Origin: a bacterium
GTDB lineage: Bacteria > UBA8248 > JACPRG01 > G963555815
NCBI GenBank assembly: GCA_963555815.3
Contig: CAUVWX020000002.1
Coordinates: forward strand, 320,001 to 384,000
DNA length: 64,000 bases
Direction: 5' to 3'
In this document: piece by piece, positions 52,057-62,210 of the stretch
Position numbering within the stretch: the stretch's first letter is position 1
How the letters are laid out: every line of letters begins with the position of its first letter
The notes under the pieces: generated by a model
Told to the model about the DNA's origin: nothing
Database searches by the model: none
Seen by the model: only the letters and a program-made list of their open reading frames with translations
Translations under genes and position numbers: made by a program

Positions 52057-53013
52057 TTATAGGACCAGGGGAAGAAATCTCGACGGCACCTGGCCTCGAT
52101 AGGTCACATATCGCGGATCGGAGCCAAGAAGCCTTTCCTCGGCCAAAGCTCGAAGGGGAAGCCCGAAGAACAATCCCCCCAGCACAACGAGGTTCCAAGG
52201 AGAGGGATTCACCAGCCCAAAGCCGAGGTAGAAGAGGAGCTCTCCTGTGTACATGGGGTGTCTTATCCAACGGTAAGGGCCGCGATGGACCAGCCCTCGG
52301 TCAGCGGGGGTTAGGCCAAAACTCCTCCCCAAACGGAAGAGAGAAGCCAGGACAAGAAGCAGGCCCAGGCCTTGAAAGAGATGGCCAGAGAGAAAGGGGA
52401 CCCCCGCCGAGGGTGCCCCTGCCCGAAGGCTCCACGGGATGACCAGAGTGGAAAGGGTAAGGGCCCAATCCGTCCCGAGCTTTGTCACCCGATGGGCCTC
52501 TCTTCGAAGGAGAAAGAGGAGGGAGGCGAGGGCGTTCACCAGAAAAACGCCCGCCCCGCCTAGCGTCGGAGAGGAGAGGAAATTGAGCAGATTCGCCGCG
52601 GCGAGGGCCGCAAAGAGGAGGAAAAGAGAAAGGTCGAGAGCCCAACGTCTTCCTTGGGAACGCCGGTCTGTGCCGGACCCCGTCTGCAAGTGGACCTGAT
52701 GGCCCACGCTGGTCCCTGTGGCTGCAATCCGCCCCGCCGGCAACTCCAGGGCCCGCTTGGCCCGCCAGGCCGCCTCCATCAAACGGTTTGGACGTATTCG
52801 CTCCGCCGCTCGCACCACCCGGCCTCCACCATCGAGGAAAAGGACGTCTATCGGAAACCGCATGCCCACGGTGTGGATGGCCCGGCAAGGCTCGAGGAGC
52901 ATGGCCTCACCCTCGGGAAGCGAGGATCTCCCAAGGAGTCCCCTGAGGCGCTCCAGAATAGTTTCCGCCTGAAGGACCCGATCGGCCAGCCTCTGGTCCG
53001 TTGAGACGTTCAC
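52057..53013 (-). CDS. DUF192 domain fused to an isoprenylcysteine carboxyl methyltransferase-like membrane domain
   Basis: RLRGLLGR, CRAIHTVGMRFPIDVLFLD, LELPAG (DUF192); GRSFG, GPYRWIRHPMY, EERLL (ICMT/PEMT). Confidence 0.85.
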   Translation of the reverse strand: MNVSTDQRLADRVLQAETILERLRGLLGRSSLPEGEAMLLEPCRAIHTVGMRFPIDVLFLDGGGRVVRAAERIRPNRLMEAAWRAKRALELPAGRIAATGTSVGHQVHLQTGSGTDRRSQGRRWALDLSLFLLFAALAAANLLNFLSSPTLGGAGVFLVNALASLLFLLRREAHRVTKLGTDWALTLSTLVIPWSLRAGAPSAGVPFLSGHLFQGLGLLLVLASLFRLGRSFGLTPADRGLVHRGPYRWIRHPMYTGELLFYLGFGLVNPSPWNLVVLGGLFFGLPLRALAEERLLGSDPRYVTYRGQVPSRFLPLVL

Positions 53014-53033
53014 CGCCCCCTCTCCCAGGATTC

Positions 53034-53960
53034 TCAGAAGAGCCCCCCCATGACCTGAATGATAGCGGGTGCCAGGATGATGAGGAGCAGGGCGGGGAAA
53101 ATAAAGAGGACCAGAGGAAAGGCGATCTTCAGGGTGGTCTTCGCGGCCGCCTCCTCAGCCGCCAGCCTACGTTTTGTCCTCATGCTTTCCGAGAAGACCC
53201 GGAGCGAATCGGCCATGCTGATCCCGTAGCGGTCCGCCTGGATGAGCATGGCCGCGAAGGATTTTAGGTCTTCGACCCCGGAGCGGGCATACAGATTCCG
53301 CAGGGCATCCGCCCGGGATTTCCCCGTTCGAAGCTCTATGTCCATGATGTGGAGTTCCCGGCTGAAGACCGGATCCGAGTACTCCATCTCCTGTCCCACA
53401 CGCGCCATGGCTTGGTCCAGACCCTGGCCCGCCTCCACGCAGATGATGAGAAGGTCTATGCTGTCGGGCAGAGACTGCTCGATGGCCACCTGACGCTTCC
53501 GGATCCTTCGGCTCAGCCAGATGTTCGGCATCAGAAACCCCAGGAGACCCAGCATGATGGCAAACGTCATTCCCTGCCCCTTGGCGCCCGGACCGGCCAA
53601 GGCGAGGGAGGTGTAGAGGAAGAACAACGCCCCCCCTATGAAAAAGCGCGCGCCCATAAAGACCGGAGCGGACTCCGGCCCGTGGAACCCTGCCCAGGCC
53701 AATCGTTGGAGGAGCTTGGGGTCTTTGGGCCGAATGGGAAGAAATTTGATGAGCTCGAAGACAATGATCCGAAAGATCCGGAACATAGAGGCCTTGACCT
53801 TCAGTGTCGGTCGAGGGCCCTTCTGCTGAGACTTGGGATGTCCCGAGGCCTCAGCCAGCCGGACTTGAACCTGGCCCGGAGACTTCGAGAGGACGCTAAT
53901 AATCCCGAAGGCCATAAGGAAGGCAAAGCAAAAAAGAAGCAAGAAAATCCAGCCAGGCAT
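53034..53960 (-). CDS. tadC: Tad pilus platform protein TadC
   Basis: LPDSIDLL..CVEAG.GLD.A, G.SR.DAL, AEEAAAK...K..FPLVLFIFP. Confidence 0.92.
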   Translation of the reverse strand: MPGWIFLLLFCFAFLMAFGIISVLSKSPGQVQVRLAEASGHPKSQQKGPRPTLKVKASMFRIFRIIVFELIKFLPIRPKDPKLLQRLAWAGFHGPESAPVFMGARFFIGGALFFLYTSLALAGPGAKGQGMTFAIMLGLLGFLMPNIWLSRRIRKRQVAIEQSLPDSIDLLIICVEAGQGLDQAMARVGQEMEYSDPVFSRELHIMDIELRTGKSRADALRNLYARSGVEDLKSFAAMLIQADRYGISMADSLRVFSESMRTKRRLAAEEAAAKTTLKIAFPLVLFIFPALLLIILAPAIIQVMGGLF

Positions 53961-53967
53961 TTTTCCC

Positions 53968-54948
53968 TCAGTAGCGCACGTTTACGATCCGGCGGATCAC
54001 GAGGTAACCCATGAGCTGAAGAACAAAACCCCCGACTGCGAGCGTACGCCCCAGGGGCGTGTTCCACATGAGTGCCATGTAGACCGGGTTCAAGAAGGCG
54101 ATAAAACCTCCCACCCCCAACGGCATGACGCCCAGGACCATCCCGGTCATGCGCCCGGGGGCCGTCATCGCCTTCACCTGGCCCCGAATCTTAAAGCGCT
54201 CATGGATGAGAGCGTCCAGTTGGTGGAGGATGGTAGCCAGGTTCCCCCCGGTTTCTCGCTGGATCATGACCGAGGTGACGAAGAAGCGCAGATCCGGATT
54301 GTCCATCCGCCTCAACATATTCTTCAGGGCGTCGTCTATGCTGAGGCCAAGGCCGCTTTCCTGGGACACCTTCGCGAACTCCAGCCCCACCGGCGGCGGA
54401 AGCTCCTCACCGAGCATCTGGATGCCGGCCGGAAGGGCGTGCCCTGCCTTGAGGGAGGTCGCCAGCATCCGAAGGGCCTCCGGAAACTGTTTTTCAAAGC
54501 CCTTCTGCCGGTGACGTGTCTTGAACCTCAAGAAGAGGAAGGGCAGCATCACGCCGACAAGGATTCCCACAAAGAGGCCCAGCGCCGTTCCGGAAAATAG
54601 CAAGCCGAGGATTCCCCCGAAAACGGTAACTATGGCCGCGACCTGAGTAAATCGGCGCGGGCTCATCGTCATCCCGGCTTGCTCCAGCCAAAGCCCAAGG
54701 TTCCTGAGACGGGGGAAGCCGCGAAGGAGGAGGGTTAAATAGGGGCTTCCCTGGACAAACTCCTCCCGCAGAAGGGAGGCGGCCCCGGGTTTGTCAAGGG
54801 GATGTGGGGCCTCTCCCGTAATGCTGTCGAGCCGCATTTGAACCCGGGCCGCGTCCTTCCCCCCCCCAGGGCCGGAGGCAAGGAAGACGAGCCCTACGAG
54901 CAGGATGGTGACGCTGACGAATATGGCGAGGAGGAGGATGGGTGACAT
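53968..54948 (-). CDS. tadB: Tad pilus platform protein TadB
   Basis: FEKQFPEAL...SLKAGH, IQRETGGNLA, VKAMTA.GR. Confidence 0.92.
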   Translation of the reverse strand: MSPILLLAIFVSVTILLVGLVFLASGPGGGKDAARVQMRLDSITGEAPHPLDKPGAASLLREEFVQGSPYLTLLLRGFPRLRNLGLWLEQAGMTMSPRRFTQVAAIVTVFGGILGLLFSGTALGLFVGILVGVMLPFLFLRFKTRHRQKGFEKQFPEALRMLATSLKAGHALPAGIQMLGEELPPPVGLEFAKVSQESGLGLSIDDALKNMLRRMDNPDLRFFVTSVMIQRETGGNLATILHQLDALIHERFKIRGQVKAMTAPGRMTGMVLGVMPLGVGGFIAFLNPVYMALMWNTPLGRTLAVGGFVLQLMGYLVIRRIVNVRY

Positions 54949-54950
54949 AA

Positions 54951-56327
54951 TCAGGACCCCTCAGGCCCTATCGGTACTTCAAAGAAGCCCTCGCGGATGT
55001 TAATCCCGTGTGCCCGGAAGCGTTCCAGGAATTTTGGGCGGATGCCTGTCGGGAGGTGCCGGCCCCTGACCGCGCCCTCTGGCGTCATCCCCTCCTGCTG
55101 GAAGAGGAAAATGTCCTGCATGGTGACCATTTCGCCCTCCATCCCGGTGAGCTCGGTGATGGCGGTAATCTTGCGGCTCCCGTCGTTCAGACGCGCGATT
55201 TGAATCACCACGTCGATGGCCGATGTGATCTGTTGGCGAAGGGCTTTAAGGGGCACGTCGAGGCCCGCCATGGCGACCATGACCTCGAGGCGGCTCAGGG
55301 CGTCCCGGGGCGTGTTGGCGTGGACCGTCAAAATGGAGCCGTCGTGGCCCGTGTTCATGGCCTGGAGCATGTCGAGGGTCTCCCCCCCCCTCACCTCTCC
55401 CACCACAATCCGGTCCGGTCGCATACGGAGGCAGTTTCGGACAAGGTCCCGGGTCGTGACGGCCCCCTGCCCCTCCACGTTGGGAGGACGGCTCTCAAGG
55501 GTGATTACATGCTCCTGCTGGAGCTGAAGTTCAGCGGAATCTTCGATGGTGACAATACGCTCGTCGGCCGGGATGAAGCGCGAGAGGACATTGAGGAGGG
55601 TCGTCTTCCCGGAGCCTGTCCCGCCGGAGACGAGGAGATTCAAGCGGGCATTCACGCACCCCTTCAAAAGCTCTACCATGGGTTCCGATAAAGTTCGAAG
55701 GGACAGCAGATCCTCCACCTCGAGCCTCTTCTTCGGAAAGAGCCGGATGGTCAGAGAAGGACCCTTCAACGCGAGAGGGGGAATGACCGCATTCACTCGG
55801 GAGCCGTCCAACAGGCGGGCATCCACCATGGGAGAGGATTCGTCGACCCGTCTCCCCACCCGCGAGACGATCCTTTCGATGATCTTCAACAGATGGTCGT
55901 TGTCCTTGAAGATCGTGTCCGTGAGGACGATCTTCCCATGACGGGCGACGTAGACCTGCTTGGCGCCGTTGACCATGATCTCCTCTACGGCCGGATCGTT
56001 CAGGAGGGGCTCGATGGGTCCAAGGCCGAAGATATCATCCAGGATCTCATCTACAATCTTCCCCTCCTCGCCCCCATTCGCCCCGGGCCTGAGCTCCTGC
56101 AGGATCTTGGCCACCTCCTGGCGGAATTCCCCCTCCAGCTTCTCCCGTTCCACGGAGATGAGCTTTAAGAGGTCCAGGCGCTCGATGAGGATGCGGTGAA
56201 CCTTCACCTTAAGCTCAAAGGAGTCCCGGCGCTTTACCTCTGGCGTGGTCTCGGTGGCGGGAGACGCAGCCCCTTCGCTGCCCGGTTGTTTTAGCCTGTC
56301 CCCCAAACGCATGCCCTTCCCTCCCAC
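54951..56327 (-). CDS. cpaF: Tad pilus assembly ATPase CpaF/TadA
   Basis: [50 protein letters not shown]. Confidence 0.96.
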   Translation of the reverse strand: MGGKGMRLGDRLKQPGSEGAASPATETTPEVKRRDSFELKVKVHRILIERLDLLKLISVEREKLEGEFRQEVAKILQELRPGANGGEEGKIVDEILDDIFGLGPIEPLLNDPAVEEIMVNGAKQVYVARHGKIVLTDTIFKDNDHLLKIIERIVSRVGRRVDESSPMVDARLLDGSRVNAVIPPLALKGPSLTIRLFPKKRLEVEDLLSLRTLSEPMVELLKGCVNARLNLLVSGGTGSGKTTLLNVLSRFIPADERIVTIEDSAELQLQQEHVITLESRPPNVEGQGAVTTRDLVRNCLRMRPDRIVVGEVRGGETLDMLQAMNTGHDGSILTVHANTPRDALSRLEVMVAMAGLDVPLKALRQQITSAIDVVIQIARLNDGSRKITAITELTGMEGEMVTMQDIFLFQQEGMTPEGAVRGRHLPTGIRPKFLERFRAHGINIREGFFEVPIGPEGS

Positions 56328-56343
56328 TTCTTCAAACGGAAGT

Positions 56344-57525
56344 TTAGAAGAATCCGAACTTGCGCTTCCGCTTTGGCTTTTCCTCGTCCGTCAACGTCAG
56401 CATTTTACCAAGGTTGAGGAGCCCTTGGGTTATCTCCGCACGCGGTGCGCACTCCCACAAGGAGAGCCCCCGGTTGGACGCTTTTGTGACCTCTCGATAG
56501 TCCTCCGGAAGACTTATGAACACCGGAAGGTCTAAGGCCTTCTTGATGTCCTCTGTGCCCACATCGTCGTCACGGCCTTTGCGGTTGACGACGACGAGAA
56601 GTCTCTTCTCATAGCCGAGGCTCCGGAAAACCTCTACGGTGCGCTTGGTGTCCATAATGGATGACAGGTAAGGCAGGGTCACCAGCAGGATCGCATCCGC
56701 TGAATCGAGGGCCCGCAAGGTGACGGGCGAAAAATTGTGAGGAGCATCGATGAGGACAAAATCAAAAAGAGTCCGCATCGCCCTGATCACCCCATCGACC
56801 CCCTCCTCGGACACCCTTTCGGCTTGGGCGATCTGCTGGGGCCGCGCCAGAACCTGGGCCCCTGAGACGTGGGTGAGAAGGGCCCGCTTGATATCGTCCG
56901 GCCCCGCGGGATGTGCCCCGTCGGCCAGGTCAGCAACGGTCAAGGAGGGGGAGAGATTCATGAGAAAAGAGGCATCTCCCATCTCCAGGTCCAGATCAAT
57001 GAGAGCGACCTTCTTCTCGCGGTCCTTGGCCAGGATGATGCCGAGGTTCACGGCGAGGGTGGTCAACCCGCACCCCCCCTTTGCGCTGAAAAGTGTCACC
57101 ACGCGGCCGGAGGAACGCCGCACCCCCCCTCGCCCTTGCTCCACTCGGAAGAGGGCCTCCCTGAGCTCGCCCTCGTCAAGGGGGAGCTTGACGAAGTCTC
57201 GGACGCCGGAGCGTACGGCTCGCAGGAGCCAGTCCCCCCCCGCCTCCTTGGCCTTCTCACTGGCGCCGAGGAGGGCGGTTCCAGGAGAGAAACGAGTGAT
57301 CTCCGCTGCGGCCTCGAGGGCCTTCTCCCAATTCGCGTCCAGATCCAGGAGGGCGGCGGCAGGGTTTTGCTGGGCAACCCAGGTGGAACACCCTTCCCAG
57401 CGTGAAAAGTTTCCAGAAAAACTCCACTCAGAAAGGGCCTCTAGATGCTTCTCCAGCCCTTCGGAGAGCCTTCCCTCCGGGTCGATGGTCACAATCGCTA
57501 AGGCCGTTCGCTCCTCTTCCGCCAT
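56344..57525 (-). CDS. cpaE: CpaE/TadZ (receiver-like plus MinD-like ATPase)
   Basis: Degenerate receiver N-terminus; KGGCGLTT.AVNL deviant Walker A; DLDL..GD. Confidence 0.88.
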   Translation of the reverse strand: MAEEERTALAIVTIDPEGRLSEGLEKHLEALSEWSFSGNFSRWEGCSTWVAQQNPAAALLDLDANWEKALEAAAEITRFSPGTALLGASEKAKEAGGDWLLRAVRSGVRDFVKLPLDEGELREALFRVEQGRGGVRRSSGRVVTLFSAKGGCGLTTLAVNLGIILAKDREKKVALIDLDLEMGDASFLMNLSPSLTVADLADGAHPAGPDDIKRALLTHVSGAQVLARPQQIAQAERVSEEGVDGVIRAMRTLFDFVLIDAPHNFSPVTLRALDSADAILLVTLPYLSSIMDTKRTVEVFRSLGYEKRLLVVVNRKGRDDDVGTEDIKKALDLPVFISLPEDYREVTKASNRGLSLWECAPRAEITQGLLNLGKMLTLTDEEKPKRKRKFGFF

Positions 57526-57542
57526 CTTCCCCTTCCCGTGCG

Positions 57543-58520
57543 CTACTGGCTCAGCCGGACCGCCCCCACCGAGTTAACGCCATACCCCCCGCCGTTAGTG
57601 CGAAATTCGGTGGTATCGGTCACGAACCGAATGATCTCAAAGGTGGTGGTGTCTGTGTTGCCCTGCCTTTGGAAATTGGTGATGCGAACCCTGATAAAAT
57701 CGTATACCTCGAGTTCGAGGCCGTTGCCGATAGGCCTGACGCCCAGCAAGGTCATCTCATCGCGTCCTTCTGCAAGACGGTTTTCCATGCCGCCCTGCCA
57801 ACCATTTCGGTTTCCCCGAAGGGCCCCGACCACATCGCCGATGGCGATGGCAAACTCCTCAAAGCCGTTGTAGACCTCATTCCGAAAGACCGCGTTGCTA
57901 TCCGACGCCTGCGTGAAGGTAACACCTTGAAAGAAGACCTCGTCGTCGGCGATAGGGTTCCCACAGCTATTGCCATTCGCGCCAGCCTGAAAGAAATTCC
58001 CGCAGTAGCGCCGAACCGTATAGGTGTCCCCTACGCTGAGATTATCGTTACAGTCCTCACCGGCGTCATCATCATTGCAATAGATGGCCAGGGGGACCGG
58101 CGCATCCGGCAGAACCGTGATGGGATCGAGACTGGCGGAGGCGACAGCGCTCACGACGGCGCTGGATATTCCGACGACCCCCCCGAAGAAAAGGTTCACG
58201 GTCGGGTCGCTGACGGTCACTTGAATCGACGTAGTCGTCGGGAAGTTGACCGCGACGGTGGCGGTGGCGAGGTTCCCTGTGAGGTTCTGGGTGGCGAAAT
58301 TGTTGGCGCGGCTACTGGCCTCCGCAGTGTCCACCTCGAACCCCGAGGCTCCCGCCAAGACGGCCGCGTCCGCGGCTCGCTGGAGGGAGGTTCGGATCGA
58401 GTAGAGGTATCCCACGTCGATGGCCAGGGCGGACATCCCCATGAGGGCCACCATGAACAGGGCATAGATGACGAGGGTCTGTCCCTCCTTTCTCGCCCAA
58501 AATCTTTTCATCCTACTCAT
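57543..58520 (-). CDS. TadG-like pilus-associated protein
   Basis: EGQTLVIYAL...LAIDVG....R..LQRAADAAVLAGA Tad N-terminus; Cys-containing C-terminal domain. Confidence 0.85.
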   Translation of the reverse strand: MSRMKRFWARKEGQTLVIYALFMVALMGMSALAIDVGYLYSIRTSLQRAADAAVLAGASGFEVDTAEASSRANNFATQNLTGNLATATVAVNFPTTTSIQVTVSDPTVNLFFGGVVGISSAVVSAVASASLDPITVLPDAPVPLAIYCNDDDAGEDCNDNLSVGDTYTVRRYCGNFFQAGANGNSCGNPIADDEVFFQGVTFTQASDSNAVFRNEVYNGFEEFAIAIGDVVGALRGNRNGWQGGMENRLAEGRDEMTLLGVRPIGNGLELEVYDFIRVRITNFQRQGNTDTTTFEIIRFVTDTTEFRTNGGGYGVNSVGAVRLSQ

Positions 58521-58526
58521 GTCTCC

Positions 58527-59882
58527 CTACATCTCCCGGCCAAGGCTAGCACCCCTCGCAACGGGTAGGGGCTCATCGGGCGGGGCCTCCTCTACCAGCT
58601 CCGGCGTGATAAGGACCAGAAGCTCGGACTCCTCGTTGGTAAATCGCTCGCTCGTGAAGAGTTGACCGAGCATGGGGATATCCGACACATAAGGGAGCTT
58701 TCCGAGGCTTTTCACCGAGCGGTTGCGGATGAATCCCGCCATTGCAAAGGTCTCCCCGCTTGCCAGCTCGAGCGTGGTCTCAGCGCGACGCTTGGTCAGG
58801 GAGGGGACGCTGAACCCTCCCACTGAGACGGCCTTCGCGAAATCAAGCTCGCTCACTTCCGGGGCCAATTTGAGCGAAATCCGGCCGTTTTCGAGGACCG
58901 TGGGCGTGAAGTCGAGGCGGACCCCGAAGGGCTTGAACTCGATGGTCACGGCGCCTGTCCCGCCCCCCTGAGGGACGGGGACAGGGAATTCACCCCCCGC
59001 GAGGAAACTCGCCTTCTCGCCGCTCATGGCGACGAGACGGGGCTCGGCCAGGGTCTTGAGATCCCCCCTCGTTTCAAGGGCGCGAATGAGCAGGGCGAGG
59101 TCCCTCGCCGAGTTCGCCACAAAGAGATTCACCAGGCTTGAAACGCTGAAATCAGGCCCGAGGGGGGTGTCGTTAGGAGGAACCCGGAAGTTCCCAAAAG
59201 GAGTCGCGGGGGCGTTCCCGGGGAAGACACCGATCTCGGGCAACGACCCCCCTCTGCTGAAGCCGAGGAAGCTAAAGCCCAGTTCTCGAAGCCCTGTCCG
59301 CGACACCTCGGCGAACTGCACCTTGAGGGAAACCTGTTTCGGGGGGGCCTCGACCTTGAGAAGGTTGACGACCTTTTTCGGGGCGAAGGATTCCGCGATC
59401 TGACCCACTGTGTCTTTCACCGTGGCGTGTTCCGTCACCCCGGAGATGACCAGGGTGTCTTTAATCGCCTGAATGGAGATTTCCTCCTCCGGGTAGAGGT
59501 CCTTTATCCCCTGGTTCAGGGTCTCCGCATCGGCCTGAACCACGACGTTGAAGAGGAAGTTCGCTCCGGCTTCGTTCCAGAGGATGAGGTTCGTGACGCC
59601 GGGGGCCTTTCCGCTGAGGAGAAACTGGTCGTTGGAAATCGTAACGACATCGGCCACACCAGGCTCTGCCACGGAAATCCGCTGGATCACGTAAGGGACG
59701 CTAATGATGATGGATTTGCCGAGCGTCACCCGGAGTCCGGTGACACCACTGCTTACCTCGAAGGGGGAACCTGGCGGCCCGGGGGCCTCTTCCTGCGAAA
59801 AGGCCTGCCCGCTGAGCCCAAAAAGTAGGAGAAGGGCCACAAACATCGGTGCTTTCACTGCCACCCCCTTCCATCGCTTCAT
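58527..59882 (-). CDS. cpaC: Tad secretin RcpA/CpaC
   Basis: Signal peptide, N-domain plus BON-like region, QV.L.V.FAEVSR, AEP.L...SGE.ASFLAGGEFPVP, FKPFGVRL.FTP, ELLVLITP. Confidence 0.93.
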   Translation of the reverse strand: MKRWKGVAVKAPMFVALLLLFGLSGQAFSQEEAPGPPGSPFEVSSGVTGLRVTLGKSIIISVPYVIQRISVAEPGVADVVTISNDQFLLSGKAPGVTNLILWNEAGANFLFNVVVQADAETLNQGIKDLYPEEEISIQAIKDTLVISGVTEHATVKDTVGQIAESFAPKKVVNLLKVEAPPKQVSLKVQFAEVSRTGLRELGFSFLGFSRGGSLPEIGVFPGNAPATPFGNFRVPPNDTPLGPDFSVSSLVNLFVANSARDLALLIRALETRGDLKTLAEPRLVAMSGEKASFLAGGEFPVPVPQGGGTGAVTIEFKPFGVRLDFTPTVLENGRISLKLAPEVSELDFAKAVSVGGFSVPSLTKRRAETTLELASGETFAMAGFIRNRSVKSLGKLPYVSDIPMLGQLFTSERFTNEESELLVLITPELVEEAPPDEPLPVARGASLGREM

Positions 59883-60946
59883 CCCCCCCCCCCCTCTATT
59901 GTCTTCTTGAGTGACTCGAGCACTGTTTCGATAGTCCGCTCCGCCCCCCGGATGACTTCGATCTCCAGAGGTGGCGGCTTCGGAGCCGTCTTAGGCCGCG
60001 GCGCGGCTGGCGTCGTTCTCCCCCGGATCAGCCGAGTAGCAGTGATCCCTCGGGTTCTGGTGCTTGTCACGTCCTGGTCATTGCGAAGCGCGAGACGGAT
60101 GGCCCCTTTGGTCGACCCAAGCGTCAGGCCTTCGGCCTCTTCCGGGCTAACCAGCAGCGTTACAATGGAGACCTTTCTCTCCCCGCCGTCGCTCGTCTCC
60201 GTTCTCTCTCCAATGGTCAGGACCGTGACGTTTTGGAGGATCGTCTTGCTCACGGTCCTCGGTGGGCCGTCGCGTTGAGGGACCTCCATGGTGGCGAGGA
60301 CATCCACCCGGCTCCCGGGAGATAGAAACCCAGCCACCCCGATGACCTCATCCATCTGGACCGTGACCGCTCGCATTCCTTCCGGGATGCGAGGAGCTAG
60401 ACCCGGGGCCGAGACGAGGTTGACCACCTTTTTCGGAGCGAAGGATTCGGCGATGCGTCCCACTGTCTCCCGGACGTCGGCCCGGTTCGTCACCCCGGAG
60501 ATCACCAGATTGTCTCTAATAGCTTGAACCGAGAGTCTCTCCTCGGGGTAAAGCTCCTTCAGGCCCTGGGCCAGGGCCTCTGCGTCGGCCTGAACTAAGA
60601 TGTTGTAGACAAATCTCTGGTCCCCCTCATCCCAGAGAATCAGGTTCGTGACCCCCGGTGTTTTCCCGCTCAGGATAAATTCCTGACGAGAGATCGTGGC
60701 AATGTCAGCCACGTCCGGCTCCGCCACAGACATCCGCCCGATGGTATAGGGAACAGAAAGGAGGAGGGATTTTCCGACCGTGAGGGTAAAGTCCGTGGAG
60801 ACGGAGCTCGCCTCAAGGAGGGCGGTTGGGTGCAGTGGCCGCTCAGCTTCCTCTTGCGCTGACGCTTCCCATCCCAACCCAAACAGGAAAATGAGTCCAA
60901 AAACCCAATAAAGAATTCGTCTTTCCGGCCCCTTTAGCTTTGCCAT
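59879..60946 (-). CDS. Chimeric protein: secretin N/BON domains fused to an RcpC/CpaB C-terminal domain
   Basis: Residues ~54-178 align without gaps to the neighbouring secretin (83/125 identical by hand count); the remainder (GMRAVTV...VIGVAGFL.PG.RVDVL...LQNV.VL...VTLLV.P...L.LRN) matches the neighbouring CpaB. Confidence 0.9.
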   Translation of the reverse strand: MAKLKGPERRILYWVFGLIFLFGLGWEASAQEEAERPLHPTALLEASSVSTDFTLTVGKSLLLSVPYTIGRMSVAEPDVADIATISRQEFILSGKTPGVTNLILWDEGDQRFVYNILVQADAEALAQGLKELYPEERLSVQAIRDNLVISGVTNRADVRETVGRIAESFAPKKVVNLVSAPGLAPRIPEGMRAVTVQMDEVIGVAGFLSPGSRVDVLATMEVPQRDGPPRTVSKTILQNVTVLTIGERTETSDGGERKVSIVTLLVSPEEAEGLTLGSTKGAIRLALRNDQDVTSTRTRGITATRLIRGRTTPAAPRPKTAPKPPPLEIEVIRGAERTIETVLESLKKTIEGGGG

Positions 60947-60972
60947 TATTCCGCCTCTCTCCCCTCATCCGG

Positions 60973-61758
60973 TCACTGCGGCATCGCCTCGTGGGATCTC
61001 TCTACCCCACGGATGACCTCGATCCCCTCGCCCGGGGCTGTGCCGGGGGCCCCTCCGTAGATCAGTTGAGGGGCTGTGATGCCGGGCGTGTTGGCGGACG
61101 TCTCATCGCGGTTATTTCGAAGCGTCAGGAAGATGCTCCCTTTCGTCGCGGCCAGGGAGAGACGCTCGGCCTGGGCGGGGGTCACAAGGAGGGTCACGAC
61201 CGAAACCTTTTTCGCCTTTGAGTCTCTGCTCTCCAACCTCTGACCCACGGCGAGGACCTCGACGTTTTGAAGGACCAGCTTGCTGATGGTCCCCCTCCTC
61301 CCTCCCCGGTCGTCTAACTCTAACGTCGCCAAGACATCGACCCGGCTCATGGGCAGGAGAAACCCCGCGACACCAATGACTTCGTTTACCCGGATCGTCA
61401 TCGCCCGCATCCCTGGGTCAATGCGGGAGGCCAGCCCTGGGGAAGACCCCTCCGGTACCAATTTAGCAAGGAGGACGGGTTCTCCCTTTAGCAGGTCTGA
61501 CATGGCCACCCGACCCTCCACCTCCTGGACCTTGGCGGCCGCCGCGGCGGGCCTCAAAGGGGCGGGCCAGGAGGCGAGCTCCACGTCCTCTTTTTTGAGC
61601 ATTTCGCCTTGGGCCACATTTGTTGTCATTAGAATGATAGGTTCCAGCTTGGGTTCGGCTGGACCGCCGCCCGAAGAGAAAATGCGGGCTGCCACCAGAG
61701 TCACTAGCAGGCCGATCGCGCCCGAAAGGAGGATGAGCATCGCTCGCTTTCGATTCAT
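60973..61758 (-). CDS. cpaB: Flp pilus assembly protein CpaB/RcpC
   Basis: TM anchor, SAF domain, GMRAMTIRVNEVIGVAGFL.P..RVDV, LQNV.VLA. Confidence 0.92.
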   Translation of the reverse strand: MNRKRAMLILLSGAIGLLVTLVAARIFSSGGGPAEPKLEPIILMTTNVAQGEMLKKEDVELASWPAPLRPAAAAAKVQEVEGRVAMSDLLKGEPVLLAKLVPEGSSPGLASRIDPGMRAMTIRVNEVIGVAGFLLPMSRVDVLATLELDDRGGRRGTISKLVLQNVEVLAVGQRLESRDSKAKKVSVVTLLVTPAQAERLSLAATKGSIFLTLRNNRDETSANTPGITAPQLIYGGAPGTAPGEGIEVIRGVERSHEAMPQ

Positions 61759-61790
61759 CTCGGTTCCCTCGAGAGCCTAAACATGCCTTC

Positions 61791-62210
61791 TCACTCGTGA
61801 CGCATCACGGTCGTCTGGCTCAAGGGGATCACGCCCCCCCCAACCGGGGATGAAGGAACCCGTCAGGGATTGGAAAGGATAGGAGACGGCCACTGTGGTC
61901 GAGTCCCCTGTGACGGCACCGTCAACACCAGTCACCGTAACCGTGGCCGCCTGGTCCATCCCCGCAGTCTGCAAGTAGTTGTTCACGGTCGTGGTGACCT
62001 GTCCAGAGCTCACCCCCGCAAGGACGCCCACCCTGGCCCCTTCGCGCGAGGAGTTGGTGATGACCTGGAGCGTCCAGAAGGCCCTGCCGAAATCCGTGAC
62101 GGCCAAAAGGAGGAGAAGCAAGATAGGCAGAACGAGGGCAAATTCGACGAGCGCCTGTCCGCCCCGTCCCTTAGGCCACCAAAACCGACCACGCCGTGCC
62201 GATGGCAATG
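61791..62210 (-). CDS. TadE-like pseudopilin (start uncertain; apparent +1 frameshift in C8 run at 61834-61841)
   Basis: GQALVEFALVLP...DFGR...SREGAR; removing one base gives the C-terminus WGGVIPLSQTTVMRHE*. Confidence 0.8.
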
